DNA from: the human T2T-CHM13v2.0 reference genome, Homo sapiens
NCBI RefSeq assembly: GCF_009914755.1
Contig: NC_060928.1
Strand: one strand, 5' to 3'
DNA length: 64,000 nucleotides
Shown: positions 25,501-40,200 of the stretch, piece by piece
How the letters are laid out: each line of letters starts with the position of its first letter
Numbering within the stretch: the first letter of the stretch is position 1
Notes under the pieces: generated by a model
Database searches by the model: none
What the model was told of the DNA's origin: nothing
What the model saw: the letters and a program-made list of their open reading frames with translations, nothing else
Made by a program: the position numbers and the translations under genes

Positions 25501-25778
25501 TACAGAGCCGTTTTAAAACACTCTTTTTGTGGAATCAGAAAGTGGATATTCGGATGGCTCTGAGGATTTCGTTGGAAGCGGGATTACATATAAAATCTAG
25601 AGAGAAGCATTCTCAGGAACTTCTTTGTGATGTTTGCATTGAAGTCACAGAATTGAACATTCACTTTGATAGAGCAGGTTTGAAACACTCATTCTGTAGT
25701 ATCTGGAAGTGGACATTTCAAGCGCTTTCAGGCCTATGGTGAAAAAGGAAATATCTTCGAATAAAAACTAGACAGAAG
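22547..25778 (+). repeat. 19-mer HOR copy H7
   Basis: Marker ORF 22235->25467 (+3232). Confidence 0.95.
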
Positions 25779-26795
25779 CATCCTCAGAAACTTATTTGTG
25801 ATGTGTGTCCTCAACTAACAGAGTTGAAACTTTGTTTTGATACAGCATTTTGGAAACACTCCTTTTGTAGAATCTGCAGGTGGATATGTGGATAGCTCTG
25901 AAGATTTCGTTGGAAACGGGAATTTCTTCATATAAAATCAAACAGAAGCATTCTCAGAAACTTCTCAGTGATGTTTGCATTCAGCTCATGGAGTTGAACA
26001 CTTCCTTTCATAGAGCCGGTTTGAAACACTCTTTCTGCACTACCTGGAAGAGGCCATTTCGAGCGCTTTGAGTCCTATGGTGAAAAAGGAAATATCTTCT
26101 CATAAAAACCAGAAAGAAGCATTCTCAGAAACTTCTTTGTGTTGTGTGTACTCATGTAACAGTGTTGAACCATCCTTTTGACAGAGCAGTTTTGAAACAC
26201 TCTTTTTGTAGAATCTGCAAGTGGATATTTGGATAGCTTTGAGGATTTCGTTGGAAACGGGATGACATATAATATCTAGAGAGAAGCATTCTCAGGAACT
26301 TCTTTGTGCTGTTTGCATTCAAGTCACAGAATTGAACATTCCCTTTCATAGAGCAGATTTGAAACACTCTTTCTCTAGTATCTGGAAGTGGGCATTTCAA
26401 GCGCTTTCAGGCCTATTGAGAGAAAGGAAATACCTTCAAATAAAAACTAGACAGAAGCATTCTCAGAAACTTGTTTGTGATGTGTGTATTCAACTAACAG
26501 AGTTGAACTTTTGTTTTTACAGAGCCGTTTTAAAACACTCTTTTTGTGGAATCAGAAAGTGGATATTCGGATGGCTCTGAGGATTTCGTTGGAAGCGGGA
26601 TTACATATAAAATCTAGAGAGAAGCATTCTCAGGAACTTCTTTGTGATGTTTGCATTGAAGTCACAGAATTGAACATTCTCTTTGATAGAGCAGGTTTGA
26701 AACACTCATTCTGTAGTATCTGGAAGTGGACATTTCAAGCGCTTTCAGGCCTATGGTGAGAAAGGAAATATCTTCGAATAAAAACTAGACAGAAG
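25779..26795 (+). repeat. 6-mer variant S4
   Basis: Marker ORF 25467->26484 (+1017); private A>T at 26680. Confidence 0.93.
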
Positions 26796-29700
26796 CATCC
26801 TCAGAAACTTATTTGTGATGTGTGTCCTCAACTAACAGAGTTGAAACTTTGTTTTGATACAGCATTTTGGAAACACTCTTTTTGTAGAATCTGCAGGTGG
26901 ATATTTGGATAGCTTAGAGGGATTCGTTGGAAAGGGGATATCTTCATATAAAATCTAGACAGAAGCATTCTCAGAAACTTATTTGTGATGTGTGTCCTCA
27001 ACTAACAGAGTTGAACCTTGGTTTTGATACAGCATTTTGGAAACACTCCTTTTGTAGAATCTGCAGGTGGATATGTGGATAGCTCTGAAGATTTCGTTGG
27101 AAACGGGAATTTCTTCATATAAAATCAAACAGAAGCATTCTCAGAAACTTCTCAGTGATGTTTGCATTCAGCTCATGGAGTTGAACACTTCCTTTCATAG
27201 AGCCGGTTTGAAACACTCTTTCTGCACTACCTGGAAGAGGACATTTCGAGCGCTTTGAGTCCTATGGTGAAAAAGGAAATATCTTCTCATAAAAACCAGA
27301 AAGAAGCATTCTCAGAAACTTCTTTGTGTTGTGTGTACTCATGTAACAGTGTTGAACCATCCTTTTGACAGAGCAGTTTTGAAACACTCTTTTTGTAGAA
27401 TCTGCAAGTGGATATTTGGATAGCTTTGAGGATTTCGTTGGAAACGGGATGACATATAATATCTAGAGAGAAGCATACTCAGGAACTTCTTTGTGATGTT
27501 TGCATTCAAGTCACAGAATTGAACATTCCCTTTCATAGAGCAGGTTTGAAACACTCTTTCTCTAGTATCTGGAAGTGGGCATTTCAAGCGCTTTCAGGCC
27601 TATGGAGAGAAAGGAAATACCTTCAAATAAAAACTAGACAGAAGCATTCTCAGAAACTTATTTGTGATGTGTGTCCTCAACTAACAGAGTTGAACCTTTG
27701 TTTTGATACAGCATTTTGGAAACACTCCTTTTGTAGAATCTGCAGGTGGATATTTGGATAACTTTGAAGATTTCGTTGGAAACCGGAATATCTTCATATA
27801 AAATCAAGACAGAAGCATTCTCGGAAACATCTCTGTGATGTTTGCATTCAACTCAGTAGAGTTGAACACTTCCTTTCATAGAGCAGGTTTGAAACACTCT
27901 TTCTGCACTACCTGGAAGCGGACATTTCGAGCGCTTTGAGGCCTATGGTGAAAAAGGAAATATCTTCTCATAAAAACCAGAAAGAAGCATTCTCAGAAAC
28001 TTCTTTGTGTTGTGTGTACTCAAGTAACAGTGTTGAACCTTCCTTTTGACACAGCAGTTTTGAAACACTCTTTTGGTAGAATCTGCAAGTGGATATTTGG
28101 ATAGCTTTGAGGATTTCGTTGGAAACGGGTTATCTTCATATAAAATCCAGACAGGAGCATTCTCAGAAACTTCTTTGTGCTGCATGTCCTCAATTCACAG
28201 AGCTGAACCTTTGTTTGGATACAGCATTTTGGAAACATTCCTTTAGTAGAATCTGCAAGTTGATATTTAGATAGCTTTGAAGATTTCGTTGGAAACGGGA
28301 ATATCTTCATAGAAAATCTAGACGGAAGCATTCTCAGAAACTGCTTTGTGATGTTTGCATTCAAGTCACAGAGTTGAATATTCCCTTTTATAGAGTAGGT
28401 TTGAAACACTCTTTTGGCACTACCTGGAAGTGGATATTTCGAGCTCTTTGAGGCCTATGGTTAAAAGGAAATATCTTCCCATAAAAACTAGACAGAAGCC
28501 GTCTCAGAAACTTGTTTGTGATGTGTGTATTCAACTAACAGAGTTGAACATTTCTGTTACAGAGCAATTTTAAAACACTCTTTTTGTGGAATCTGAAAGT
28601 GGATAATTGGATAGCTTTGTGGATTTCGTTGGAAACGGGATGACGTATAAAATCTAGAGAGAAGCATTCTCAGGAACTTCTTTGTGATGTTTGCATTCAA
28701 GTCACAGAATTGAACATTCCCTTTCATAGAGCAGGTTTGAAACACTCTTTCTCTAGTATCTGGAAGTGGGCATTTCAAGCGCTTTCAGGCCTATGGAGAG
28801 AAAGGAAATACCTTCAAATAAAAACTAGACAGAAGCATTCTCAGAAACTTATTTGTGATGTGTGTCCTCAACTAACAGAGTTGAACCTTTGTTTTGATAC
28901 AGCATTTTGGAAACACTCCTTTTGTAGGATCTGCAGGTGGATATTTGGATAGATTTTAAGATTTCGTTGGAAACGGGAGTTTCTTCATAGAAACTCAAGA
29001 CAGATGCATTCTCAGAAACATCTCTGTGATGTTTGCATTCCACTCATAGATTTGAAAACTTCCTTTCATAGAGCAGGTTTGAAACACTCTTTTTGTAATA
29101 TTTGGAAGTGGACATTTGCAGCGCTTTGAGGCCTATGGTGAAAAAGGAAATATCTTCTCATAAAAACCAGAAACAAGCATTCTCAGAAACTTCTTTTTGA
29201 TGTGTGTACTCAAGTAACAGAGTTGAACCTTCCTTTTGACACAGCAGTTTTGAAACAATCTTTTTGTAGAATCTGCAAGTGGATATTTGGATAGCTTTGA
29301 GGATTTCGTTGGAAACGGGATATCTTCATATAAAATCTAGACAGAAGCATTCTCAGAAACTTCTTTGTGCTGTATGTCCTCAATTAACAGAGTTGAACCA
29401 TTGCTTGGATACAGCATTTTGGAAACATTCCTTGAGTAGAATCTGCAAGTTGATATTTAGATAGATTTGAAGATTTCGTTGGAAAAGGGAATATCTCCAT
29501 ATAAAATCTAGAGGGAAGCATTCTCAGAAACTGCTCTGTGATGTTTCCATTCAAGTCACAGAGTTGAATATTCCCTTTTATAGAGCACGTTTGAAACACT
29601 CTTTCTGCACTATCTGGAAGTGGACATTTCGAGCGCTTTGAGGCCTATGGTGAAAAAGGAAATATCTTCCCATAAAAACCAGACAGAAGCATTCTCAGAA

Positions 29701-32700
29701 ACTTGTTTGTGATGTGTGTATTCAACTAACAGAGTTGAACTTTTGTTTTTACAGAGCCGTTTTAAAACACTCTTTTTGTGGAATCAGAAAGTGGATATTC
29801 GGATGGCTCTGAGGATTTCGTTGGAAGCGGGATTACATATAAAATCTAGAGAGAAGCATTCTCAGGAACTTCTTTGTGATGTTTGCATTGAAGTCACAGA
29901 ATTGAACATTCACTTTGATAGAGCAGGTTTGAAACACTCATTCTGTAGTATCTGGAAGTGGACATTTCAAGCGCTTTCAGGCCTATGGTGAGAAAGGAAA
30001 TATCTTCGAATAAAAACTAGACAGAAGCATCCTCAGAAACTTATTTGTGATGTGTGTCCTCAACTAACAGAGTTGAAACTTTGTTTTGATACAGCATTTT
30101 GGAAACACTCTTTTTGTAGAATCTGCAGGTGGATATTTGGATAGCTTAGAGGGATTCGTTGGAAAGGGGATATCTTCATATAAAATCTAGACAGAAGCAT
30201 TCTCAGAAACTTATTTGTGATGTGTGTCCTCAACTAACAGAGTTGAACCTTGGTTTTGATACAGCATTTTGGAAACACTCCTTTTGTAGAATCTGCAGGT
30301 GGATATGTGGATAGCTCTGAAGATTTCGTTGGAAACGGGAATTTCTTCATATAAAATCAAACAGAAGCATTCTCAGAAACTTCTCAGTGATGTTTGCATT
30401 CAGCTCATGGAGTTGAACACTTCCTTTCATAGAGCCGGTTTGAAACACTCTTTCTGCACTACCTGGAAGAGGACATTTCGAGCGCTTTGAGTCCTATGGT
30501 GAAAAAGGAAATATCTTCTCATAAAAACCAGAAAGAAGCATTCTCAGAAACTTCTTTGTGTTGTGTGTACTCATGTAACAGTGTTGAACCATCCTTTTGA
30601 CAGAGCAGTTTTGAAACACTCTTTTTGTAGAATCTGCAAGTGGATATTTGGATAGCTTTGAGGATTTCGTTGGAAACGGGATGACATATAATATCTAGAG
30701 AGAAGCATTCTCAGGAACTTCTTTGTGATGTTTGCATTCAAGTCACAGAATTGAACATTCCCTTTCATAGAGCAGGTTTGAAACACTCTTTCTCTAGTAT
30801 CTGGAAGTGGGCATTTCAAGCGCTTTCAGGCCTATGGAGAGAAAGGAAATACCTTCAAATAAAAACTAGACAGAAGCATTCTCAGAAACTTATTTGTGAT
30901 GTGTGTCCTCAACTAACAGAGTTGAACCTTTGTTTTGATACAGCATTTTGGAAACACTCCTTTTGTAGAATCTGCAGGTGGATATTTGGATAACTTTGAA
31001 GATTTCGTTGGAAACCGGAATATCTTCATATAAAATCAAGACAGAAGCATTCTCGGAAACATCTCTGTGATGTTTGCATTCAACTCAGTAGAGTTGAACA
31101 CTTCCTTTCATAGAGCCGGTTTGAAACACTCTTTCTGCACTACCTGGAAGCGGACATTTCGAGCGCTTTGATGCCTATGGTGAAAAAGGAAATATCTTCT
31201 CATAAAAACCAGAAAGAAGCATTCTCAGAAACTTCTTTGTGTTGTGTGTACTCAAGTAACAGTGTTGAACCTTCCTTTTGACACAGCAGTTTTGAAACAC
31301 TCTTTTGGTAGAATCTGCAAGTGGATATTTGGATAGCTTTGAGGATTTCGTTGGAAACGGGTTATCTTCATATAAAATCCAGACAGGAGCATTCTCAGAA
31401 ACTTCTTTGTGCTGCATGTCCTCAATTCACAGAGCTGAACCTTTGTTTGGATACAGCATTTTGGAAACATTCCTTTAGTAGAATCTGCAAGTTGATATTT
31501 AGATAGCTTTGAAGATTTCGTTGGAAACGGGAATATCTTCATAGAAAATCTAGACGGAAGCATTCTCAGAAACTGCTTTGTGATGTTTGCATTCAAGTCA
31601 CAGAGTTGAATATTCCCTTTTATAGAGTAGGTTTGAAACACTCTTTCGGCACTACCTGGAAGTGGATATTTCGAGCTCTTTGAGGCCTATGGTTAAAAGG
31701 AAATATCTTCCCATAAAAACTAGACAGAAGCCGTCTCAGAAACTTGTTTGTGATGTGTGTATTCAACTAACAGAGTTGAACATTTCTGTTACAGAGCAAT
31801 TTTAAAACACTCTTTTTGTGGAATCTGAAAGTGGATAATTGGATAGCTTTGTGGATTTCGTTGGAAACGGGATGACGTATAAAATCTAGAGAGAAGCATT
31901 CTCAGGAACTTCTTTCTGATGTTTGCATTCAAGTCACAGAATTGAACATTCCTTTTCATAGTGCAGGTTTGAAACACTCTTTCTGTAGTATCTGGAAGTG
32001 GACATTTCAAGCGCTTTCAGGCCTACGGGGAGAAAGGAAATATCTTCAAATAAAAACTAGACAGAAGGATTCTCAGAAACTTATTTGTGATGTGTGTCCT
32101 AAACGAACACAGTTGAACCTTTGTTTTGATACAGCATTTTGGAAACACTCCTTTTGTAGGATCTGCAGGTGGATATTTGGATAGATTTTAAGATTTCGTT
32201 GGAAACGGGAGTTTCTTCATAGAAACTCAAGACAGATGCATTCTCAGAAACATCTCTGTGATGTTTGCATTCCACTCATAGAGTTGAAAACTTCCTTTCA
32301 TAGAGCAGGTTTGAAACACTCTTTTTGTAATATTTGGAAGTGGACATTTGCAGCGCTTTGAGGCCTATGGTGAAAAAGGAAATATCTTCTCATAAAAACC
32401 AGAAACAAGCATTCTCAGAAACTTCTTTTTGATGTGTGTACTCAAGTAACAGAGTTGAACCTTCCTTTTGACACAGCAGTTTTGAAACAATCTTTTTGTA
32501 GAATCTGCAAGTGGATATTTGGATAGCTTTGAGGATTTCGTTGGAAACGGGATATCTTCATATAAAATCTAGACAGAAGCATTCTCAGAAACTTCTTTGT
32601 GCTGTATGTCCTCAATTAACAGAGTTGAACCATTGCTTGGATACAGCATTTTGGAAACATTCCTTTAGTAGAATCTGCAAGTTGATATTGAGATAGATTT

Positions 32701-33259
32701 GAAGATTTCGTTGGAAAAGGGAATATCTCCATATAAAATCTAGACGGAAGCATTCTCAGAAACTGCTTTGTGATGTTTCCATTCAAGTCACAGAGTTGAA
32801 TATTCCCTTTTATAGAGCACGTTTGAAACACTCTTTCTGCACTATCTGGAAGTGGACATTTCGAGCGCTTTGAGGCCTATGGTGAAAAAGGAAATATCTT
32901 CCCATAAAAATTAGACAGAAGCATTCTCAGAAACTTGTTTGTGATGTGTGTATTCAACTAACAGAGTTGAACTTTTGTTTTTACAGAGCCGTTTTAAAAC
33001 ACTCTTTTTGTGGAATCAGAAAGTGGATATTCGGATGGCTCTGAGGATTTCGTTGGAAGCGGGATTACATATAAAATCTAGAGAGAAGCATTCTCAGGAA
33101 CTTCTTTGTGATGTTTGCATTGAAGTCACAGAATTGAACATTCACTTTGATAGAGCAGGTTTGAAACACTCATTCTGTAGTATCTGGAAGTGGACATTTC
33201 AAGCGCTTTCAGGCCTATGGTGACAAAGGAAATATCTTCGAATAAAAACTAGACAGAAG
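26796..33259 (+). repeat. Two 19-mer HORs: H8 (26796-30027, carries conversion tract), H9 (30028-33259)
   Basis: Marker ORF at 29716, 32948. Confidence 0.95.
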
Positions 33260-34276
33260 CATCCTCAGAAACTTATTTGTGATGTGTGTCCTCAACTAAC
33301 AGAGTTGAAACTTTGTTTTGATACAGCATTTTGGAAACACTCCTTTTGTAGAATCTGCAGGTGGATATGTGGATAGCTCTGAAGATTTCGTTGGAAACGG
33401 GAATTTCTTCATATAAAATCAAACAGAAGCATTCTCAGAAACTTCTCAGTGATGTTTGCATTCAGCTCATGGAGTTGAACACTTCCTTTCATAGAGCCGG
33501 TTTGAAACACTCTTTCTGCACTACCTGGAAGAGGCCATTTCGAGCGCTTTGAGTCCTATGGTGAAAAAGGAAATATCTTCTCATAAAAACCAGAAAGAAG
33601 CATTCTCAGAAACTTCTTTGTGTTGTGTGTACTCATGTAACAGTGTTGAACCATCCTTTTGACAGAGCAGTTTTGAAACACTCTTTTTGTAGAATCTGCA
33701 AGTGGATATTTGGATAGCTTTGAGGATTTCGTTGGAAACGGGATGACATATAATATCTAGAGAGAAGCATTCTCAGGAACTTCTTTGTGCTGTTTGCATT
33801 CAAGTCACAGAATTGAACATTCCCTTTCATAGAGCAGATTTGAAACACTCTTTCTCTAGTATCTGGAAGTGGGCATTTCAAGCGCTTTCAGGCCTATTGA
33901 GAGAAAGGAAATACCTTCAAATAAAAACTAGACAGAAGCATTCTCAGAAACTTGTTTGTGATGTGTGTATTCAACTAACAGAGTTGAACTTTTGTTTTTA
34001 CAGAGCCGTTTTAAAACACTCTTTTTGTGGAATCAGAAAGTGGATATTCGGATGGCTCTGAGGATTTCGTTGGAAGCGGGATTACATATAAAATCTAGAG
34101 AGAAGCATTCTCAGGAACTTCTTTGTGATGTTTGCATTGAAGTCACAGAATTGAACATTCACTTTGATAGAGCAGGTTTGAAACACTCATTCTGTAGTAT
34201 CTGGAAGTGGACATTTCAAGCGCTTTCAGGCCTATGGTGAGAAAGGAAATATCTTCGAATAAAAACTAGACAGAAG
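33260..34276 (+). repeat. 6-mer variant S5
   Basis: Marker ORF 32948->33965 (+1017). Confidence 0.93.
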
Positions 34277-37200
34277 CATCCTCAGAAACTTATTTGTGAT
34301 GTGTGTCCTCAACTAACAGAGTTGAAACTTTGTTTTGATACAGCATTTTGGAAACACTCTTTTTGTAGAATCTGCAGGTGGATATTTGGATAGCTTAGAG
34401 GGATTCGTTGGAAAGGGGATATCTTCATATAAAATCTAGACAGAAGCATTCTCAGAAACTTATTTGTGATGTGTGTCCTCAACTAACAGAGTTGAACCTT
34501 GGTTTTGATACAGCATTTTGGAAACACTCCTTTTGTAGAATCTGCAGGTGGATATGTGGATAGCTCTGAAGATTTCGTTGGAAACGGGAATTTCTTCATA
34601 TAAAATCAAACAGAAGCATTCTCAGAAACTTCTCAGTGATGTTTGCATTCAGCTCATGGAGTTGAACACTTCCTTTCATAGAGCCGGTTTGAAACACTCT
34701 TTCTGCACTACCTGGAAGAGGACATTTCGAGCGCTTTGAGTCCTATGGTGAAAAAGGAAATATCTTCTCATAAAAACCAGAAAGAAGCATTCTCAGAAAC
34801 TTCTTTGTGTTGTGTGTACTCATGTAACAGTGTTGAACCATCCTTTTGACAGAGCAGTTTTGAAACACTCTTTTTGTAGAATCTGCAAGTGGATATTTGG
34901 ATAGCTTTGAGGATTTCGTTGGAAACGGGATGACATATAATATCTAGAGAGAAGCATACTCAGGAACTTCTTTGTGATGTTTGCATTCAAGTCACAGAAT
35001 TGAACATTCCCTTTCATAGAGCAGGTTTGAAACACTCTTTCTCTAGTATCTGGAAGTGGGCATTTCAAGCGCTTTCAGGCCTATGGAGAGAAAGGAAATA
35101 CCTTCAAATAAAAACTAGACAGAAGCATTCTCAGAAACTTATTTGTGATGTGTGTCCTCAACTAACAGAGTTGAACCTTTGTTTTGATACAGCATTTTGG
35201 AAACACTCCTTTTGTAGAATCTGCAGGTGGATATTTGGATAACTTTGAAGATTTCGTTGGAAACCGGAATATCTTCATATAAAATCAAGACAGAAGCATT
35301 CTCGGAAACATCTCTGTGATGTTTGCATTCAACTCAGTAGAGTTGAACACTTCCTTTCATAGAGCCGGTTTGAAACACTCTTTCTGCACTACCTGGAAGC
35401 GGACATTTCGAGCGCTTTGAGGCCTATGGTGAAAAAGGAAATATCTTCTCATAAAAACCAGAAAGAAGCATTCTCAGAAACTTCTTTGTGTTGTGTGTAC
35501 TCAAGTAACAGTGTTGAACCTTCCTTTTGACACAGCAGTTTTGAAACACTCTTTTGGTAGAATCTGCAAGTGGATATTTGGATAGCTTTGAGGATTTCGT
35601 TGGAAACGGGTTATCTTCATATAAAATCCAGACAGGAGCATTCTCAGAAACTTCTTTGTGCTGCATGTCCTCAATTCACAGAGCTGAACCTTTGTTTGGA
35701 TACAGCATTTTGGAAACATTCCTTTAGTAGAATCTGCAAGTTGATATTTAGATAGCTTTGAAGATTTCGTTGGAAACGGGAATATCTTCATAGAAAATCT
35801 AGACGGAAGCATTCTCAGAAACTGCTTTGTGATGTTTGCATTCAAGTCACAGAGTTGAATATTCCCTTTTATAGAGTAGGTTTGAAACACTCTTTCGGCA
35901 CTACCTGGAAGTGGATATTTCGAGCTCTTTGAGGCCTATGGTTAAAAGGAAATATCTTCCCATAAAAACTAGACAGAAGCCGTCTCAGAAACTTGTTTGT
36001 GATGTGTGTATTCAACTAACAGAGTTGAACATTTCTGTTACAGAGCAATTTTAAAACACTCTTTTTGTGGAATCTGAAAGTGGATAATTGGATAGCTTTG
36101 TGGATTTCGTTGGAAACGGGATGACGTATAAAATCTAGATTGAAGCATTCTCAGGAACTTCTTTCTGATGTTTGCATTCAAGTCACAGAATTGAACATTC
36201 CTTTTCATAGTGCAGGTTTGAAACACTCTTTCTGTAGTATCTGGAAGTGGACATTTCAAGCGCTTTCAGGCCTACGGGGAGAAAGGAAATATCTTCAAAT
36301 AAAAACTAGATAGAAGGATTCTCAGAAACTTATTTGTGATGTGTGTCCTAAACGAACACAGTTGAACCTTTGTTTTGATACAGCATTTTGGAAACACTCC
36401 TTTTGTAGGATCTGCAGGTGGATATTTGGATAGATTTTAAGATTTCGTTGGAAACGGGAGTTTCTTCATAGAAACTCAAGACAGATGCTTTCTCAGAAAC
36501 ATCTCTGTGATGTTTGCATTCCACTCATAGATTTGAAAACTTCCTTTCATAGAGCAGGTTTGAAACACTCTTTTTGTAATATTTGGAAGTGGACATTTGC
36601 AGCGCTTTGAGGCCTATGGTGAAAAAGGAAATATCTTCTCATAAAAACCAGAAACAAGCATTCTCAGAAACTTCTTTTTGATGTGTGTACTCAAGTAACA
36701 GAGTTGAACCTTCCTTTTGACACAGCAGTTTTGAAACAATCTTTTTGTAGAATCTGCAAGTGGATATTTGGATAGCTTTGAGGATTTCGTTGGAAACGGG
36801 ATATCTTCATATAAAATCTAGACAGAAGCATTCTCAGAAACTTCTTTGTGCTGTATGTCCTCAATTAACAGAGTTGAACCATTGCTTGGATACAGCATTT
36901 TGGAAACATTCCTTGAGTAGAATCTGCAAGTTGATATTTAGATAGATTTGAAGATTTCGTTGGAAAAGGGAATATCTCCATATAAAATCTAGAGGGAAGC
37001 ATTCTCAGAAACTGCTTTGTGATGTTTCCATTCAAGTCACAGAGTTGAATATTCCCTTTTATAGAGCACGTTTGAAACACTCTTTCTGCACTATCTGGAA
37101 GTGGACATTTCGAGCGCTTTGAGGCCTATGGTGAAAAAGGAAATATCTTCCCATAAAAACTAGACAGAAGCATTCTCAGAAACTTGTTTGTGATGTGTGT

Positions 37201-40200
37201 ATTCAACTAACAGAGTTGAACTTTTGTTTTTACAGAGCCGTTTTAAAACACTCTTTTTTTGGAATCAGAAAGTGGATATTCGGATGGCTCTGAGGATTTC
37301 GTTGGAAGCGGGAATACATATAAAATCTAGAGAGAAGCATTCTCAGGAACTTCTTTGTGATGTTTGCATTGAAGTCACAGAATTGAACATTCACTTTGAT
37401 AGAGCAGGTTTGAAACACTCATTCTGTAGTATCTGGAAGTGGACATTTCAAGCGCTTTCAGGCCTATGGTGAGAAAGGAAATATCTTCGAATAAAAACTA
37501 GACAGAAGCATCCTCAGAAACTTATTTGTGATGTGTGTCCTCAACTAACAGAGTTGAAACTTTGTTTTGATACAGCATTTTGGAAACACTCTTTTTGTAG
37601 AATCTGCAGGTGGATATTTGGATAGCTTAGAGGGATTCGTTGGAAAGGGGATATCTTCATATAAAATCTAGACAGAAGCATTCTCAGAAACTTATTTGTG
37701 ATGTGTGTCCTCAACTAACAGAGTTGAACCTTGGTTTTGATACAGCATTTTGGAAACACTCCTTTTGTAGAATCTGCAGGTGGATATGTGGATAGCTCTG
37801 AAGATTTCGTTGGAAACGGGAATTTCTTCATATAAAATCAAACAGAAGCATTCTCAGAAACTTCTCAGTGATGTTTGCATTCAGCTCATGGAGTTGAACA
37901 CTTCCTTTCATAGAGCCGGTTTGAAACACTCTTTCTGCACTACCTGGAAGAGGACATTTCGAGCGCTTTGAGTCCTATGGTGAAAAAGGAAATATCTTCT
38001 CATAAAAACCAGAAAGAAGCATTCTCAGAAACTTCTTTGTGTTGTGTGTACTCATGTAACAGTGTTGAACCATCCTTTTGACAGAGCAGTTTTGAAACAC
38101 TCTTTTTGTAGAATCTGCAAGTGGATATTTGGATAGCTTTGAGGATTTCGTTGGAAACGGGATGACATATAATATCTAGAGAGAAGCATACTCAGGAACT
38201 TCTTTGTGATGTTTGCATTCAAGTCACAGAATTGAACATTCCCTTTCATAGAGCAGGTTTGAAACACTCTTTCTCTAGTATCTGGAAGTGGGCATTTCAA
38301 GCGCTTTCAGGCCTATGGAGAGAAAGGAAATACCTTCAAATAAAAACTAGACAGAAGCATTCTCAGAAACTTATTTGTGATGTGTGTCCTCAACTAACAG
38401 AGTTGAACCTTTGTTTTGATACAGCATTTTGGAAACACTCCTTTTGTAGAATCTGCAGGTGGATACTTGGATAACTTTGAAGATTTCGTTGGAAACCGGA
38501 ATATCTTCATATAAAATCAAGACAGAAGCATTCTCGGAAACATCTCTGTGATGTTTGCATTCAACTCAGTAGAGTTGAACACTTCCTTTCATAGAGCAGG
38601 TTTGAAACACTCTTTCTGCACTACCTGGAAGCGGACATTTCGAGCGCTTTGAGGCCTATGGTGAAAAAGGAAATATCTTCTCATAAAAACCAGAAAGAAG
38701 CATTCTCAGAAACTTCTTTGTATTGTGTGTACTCAAGTAACAGTGTTGAACCTTCCTTTTGACACAGCAGTTTTGAAACACTCTTTTGGTAGAATCTGCA
38801 AGTGGATATTTGGATAGCTTTGAGGATTTCGTTGGAAACGGGTTATCTTCATATAAAATCCAGACAGGAGCATTCTCAGAAACTTCTTTGTGCTGCATGT
38901 CCTCAATTCACAGAGCTGAACCTTTGTTTGGATACAGCATTTTGGAAACATTCCTTTAGTAGAATCTGCAAGTTGATATTTAGATAGCTTTGAAGATTTC
39001 GTTGGTAACGGGAATATCTTCATAGAAAATCTAGACGGAAGCATTCTCAGAAACTGCTTTGTGATGTTTGCATTCAAGTCACAGAGTTGAATATTCCCTT
39101 TTATAGAGTAGGTTTGAAACACTCTTTCGGCACTACCTGGAAGTGGATATTTCGAGCTCTTTGAGGCCTATGGTTAAAAGGAAATATCTTCCCATAAAAA
39201 CTAGACAGAAGCCGTCTCAGAAACTTGTTTGTGATGTGTGTATTCAACTAACAGAGTTGAACATTTCTGTTACAGAGCAATTTTAAAACACTCTTTTTGT
39301 GGAATCTGAAAGTGGATAATTGGATAGCTTTGTGGATTTCGTTGGAAACGGGATGACGTATAAAATCTAGAGAGAAGCATTCTCAGGAACTTCTTTCTGA
39401 TGTTTGCATTCAAGTCACAGAATTGAACATTCCTTTTCATAGTGCAGGTTTGAAACACTCTTTCTGTAGTATCTGGAAGTGGACATTTCAAGCGCTTTCA
39501 GGCCTACGGGGAGAAAGGAAATATCTTCAAATAAAAACTAGACAGAAGGATTCTCAGAAACTTATTTGTGATGTGTGTCCTAAACGAACACAGTTGAACC
39601 TTTGTTTAGATACAGCATTTTGGAAACACTCCTTTTGTAGGATCTGCAGGTGGATATTTGGATAGATTTTAAGATTTCGTTGGAAACGGGAGTTTCTTCA
39701 TAGAAACTCAAGACAGATGCATTCTCAGAAACATCTCTGTGATGTTTGCATTCCACTCATAGAGTTGAAAACTTCCTTTCATAGAGCAGGTTTGAAACAC
39801 TCTTTTTGTAATATTTGGAAGTGGACATTTGCAGCGCTTTGAGGCCTATGGTGAAAAAGGAAATATCTTCTCATAAAAACCAGAAACAAGCATTCTCAGA
39901 AACTTCTTTTTGATGTGTGTACTCAAGTAACAGAGTTGAACCTTCCTTTTGACACAGCAGTTTTGAAACAATCTTTTTGTAGAATCTGCAAGTGGATATT
40001 TGGATAGCTTTGAGGATTTCGTTGGAAACGGGATATCTTCATATAAAATCTAGACAGAAGCTTTCTCAGAAACTTCTTTGTGCTGTATGTCCTCAATTAA
40101 CAGAGTTGAACCATTGCTTGGATACAGCATTTTGGAAACATTCCTTGAGTAGAATCTGCAAGTTGATATTTAGATAGATTTGAAGATTTCGTTGGAAAAG

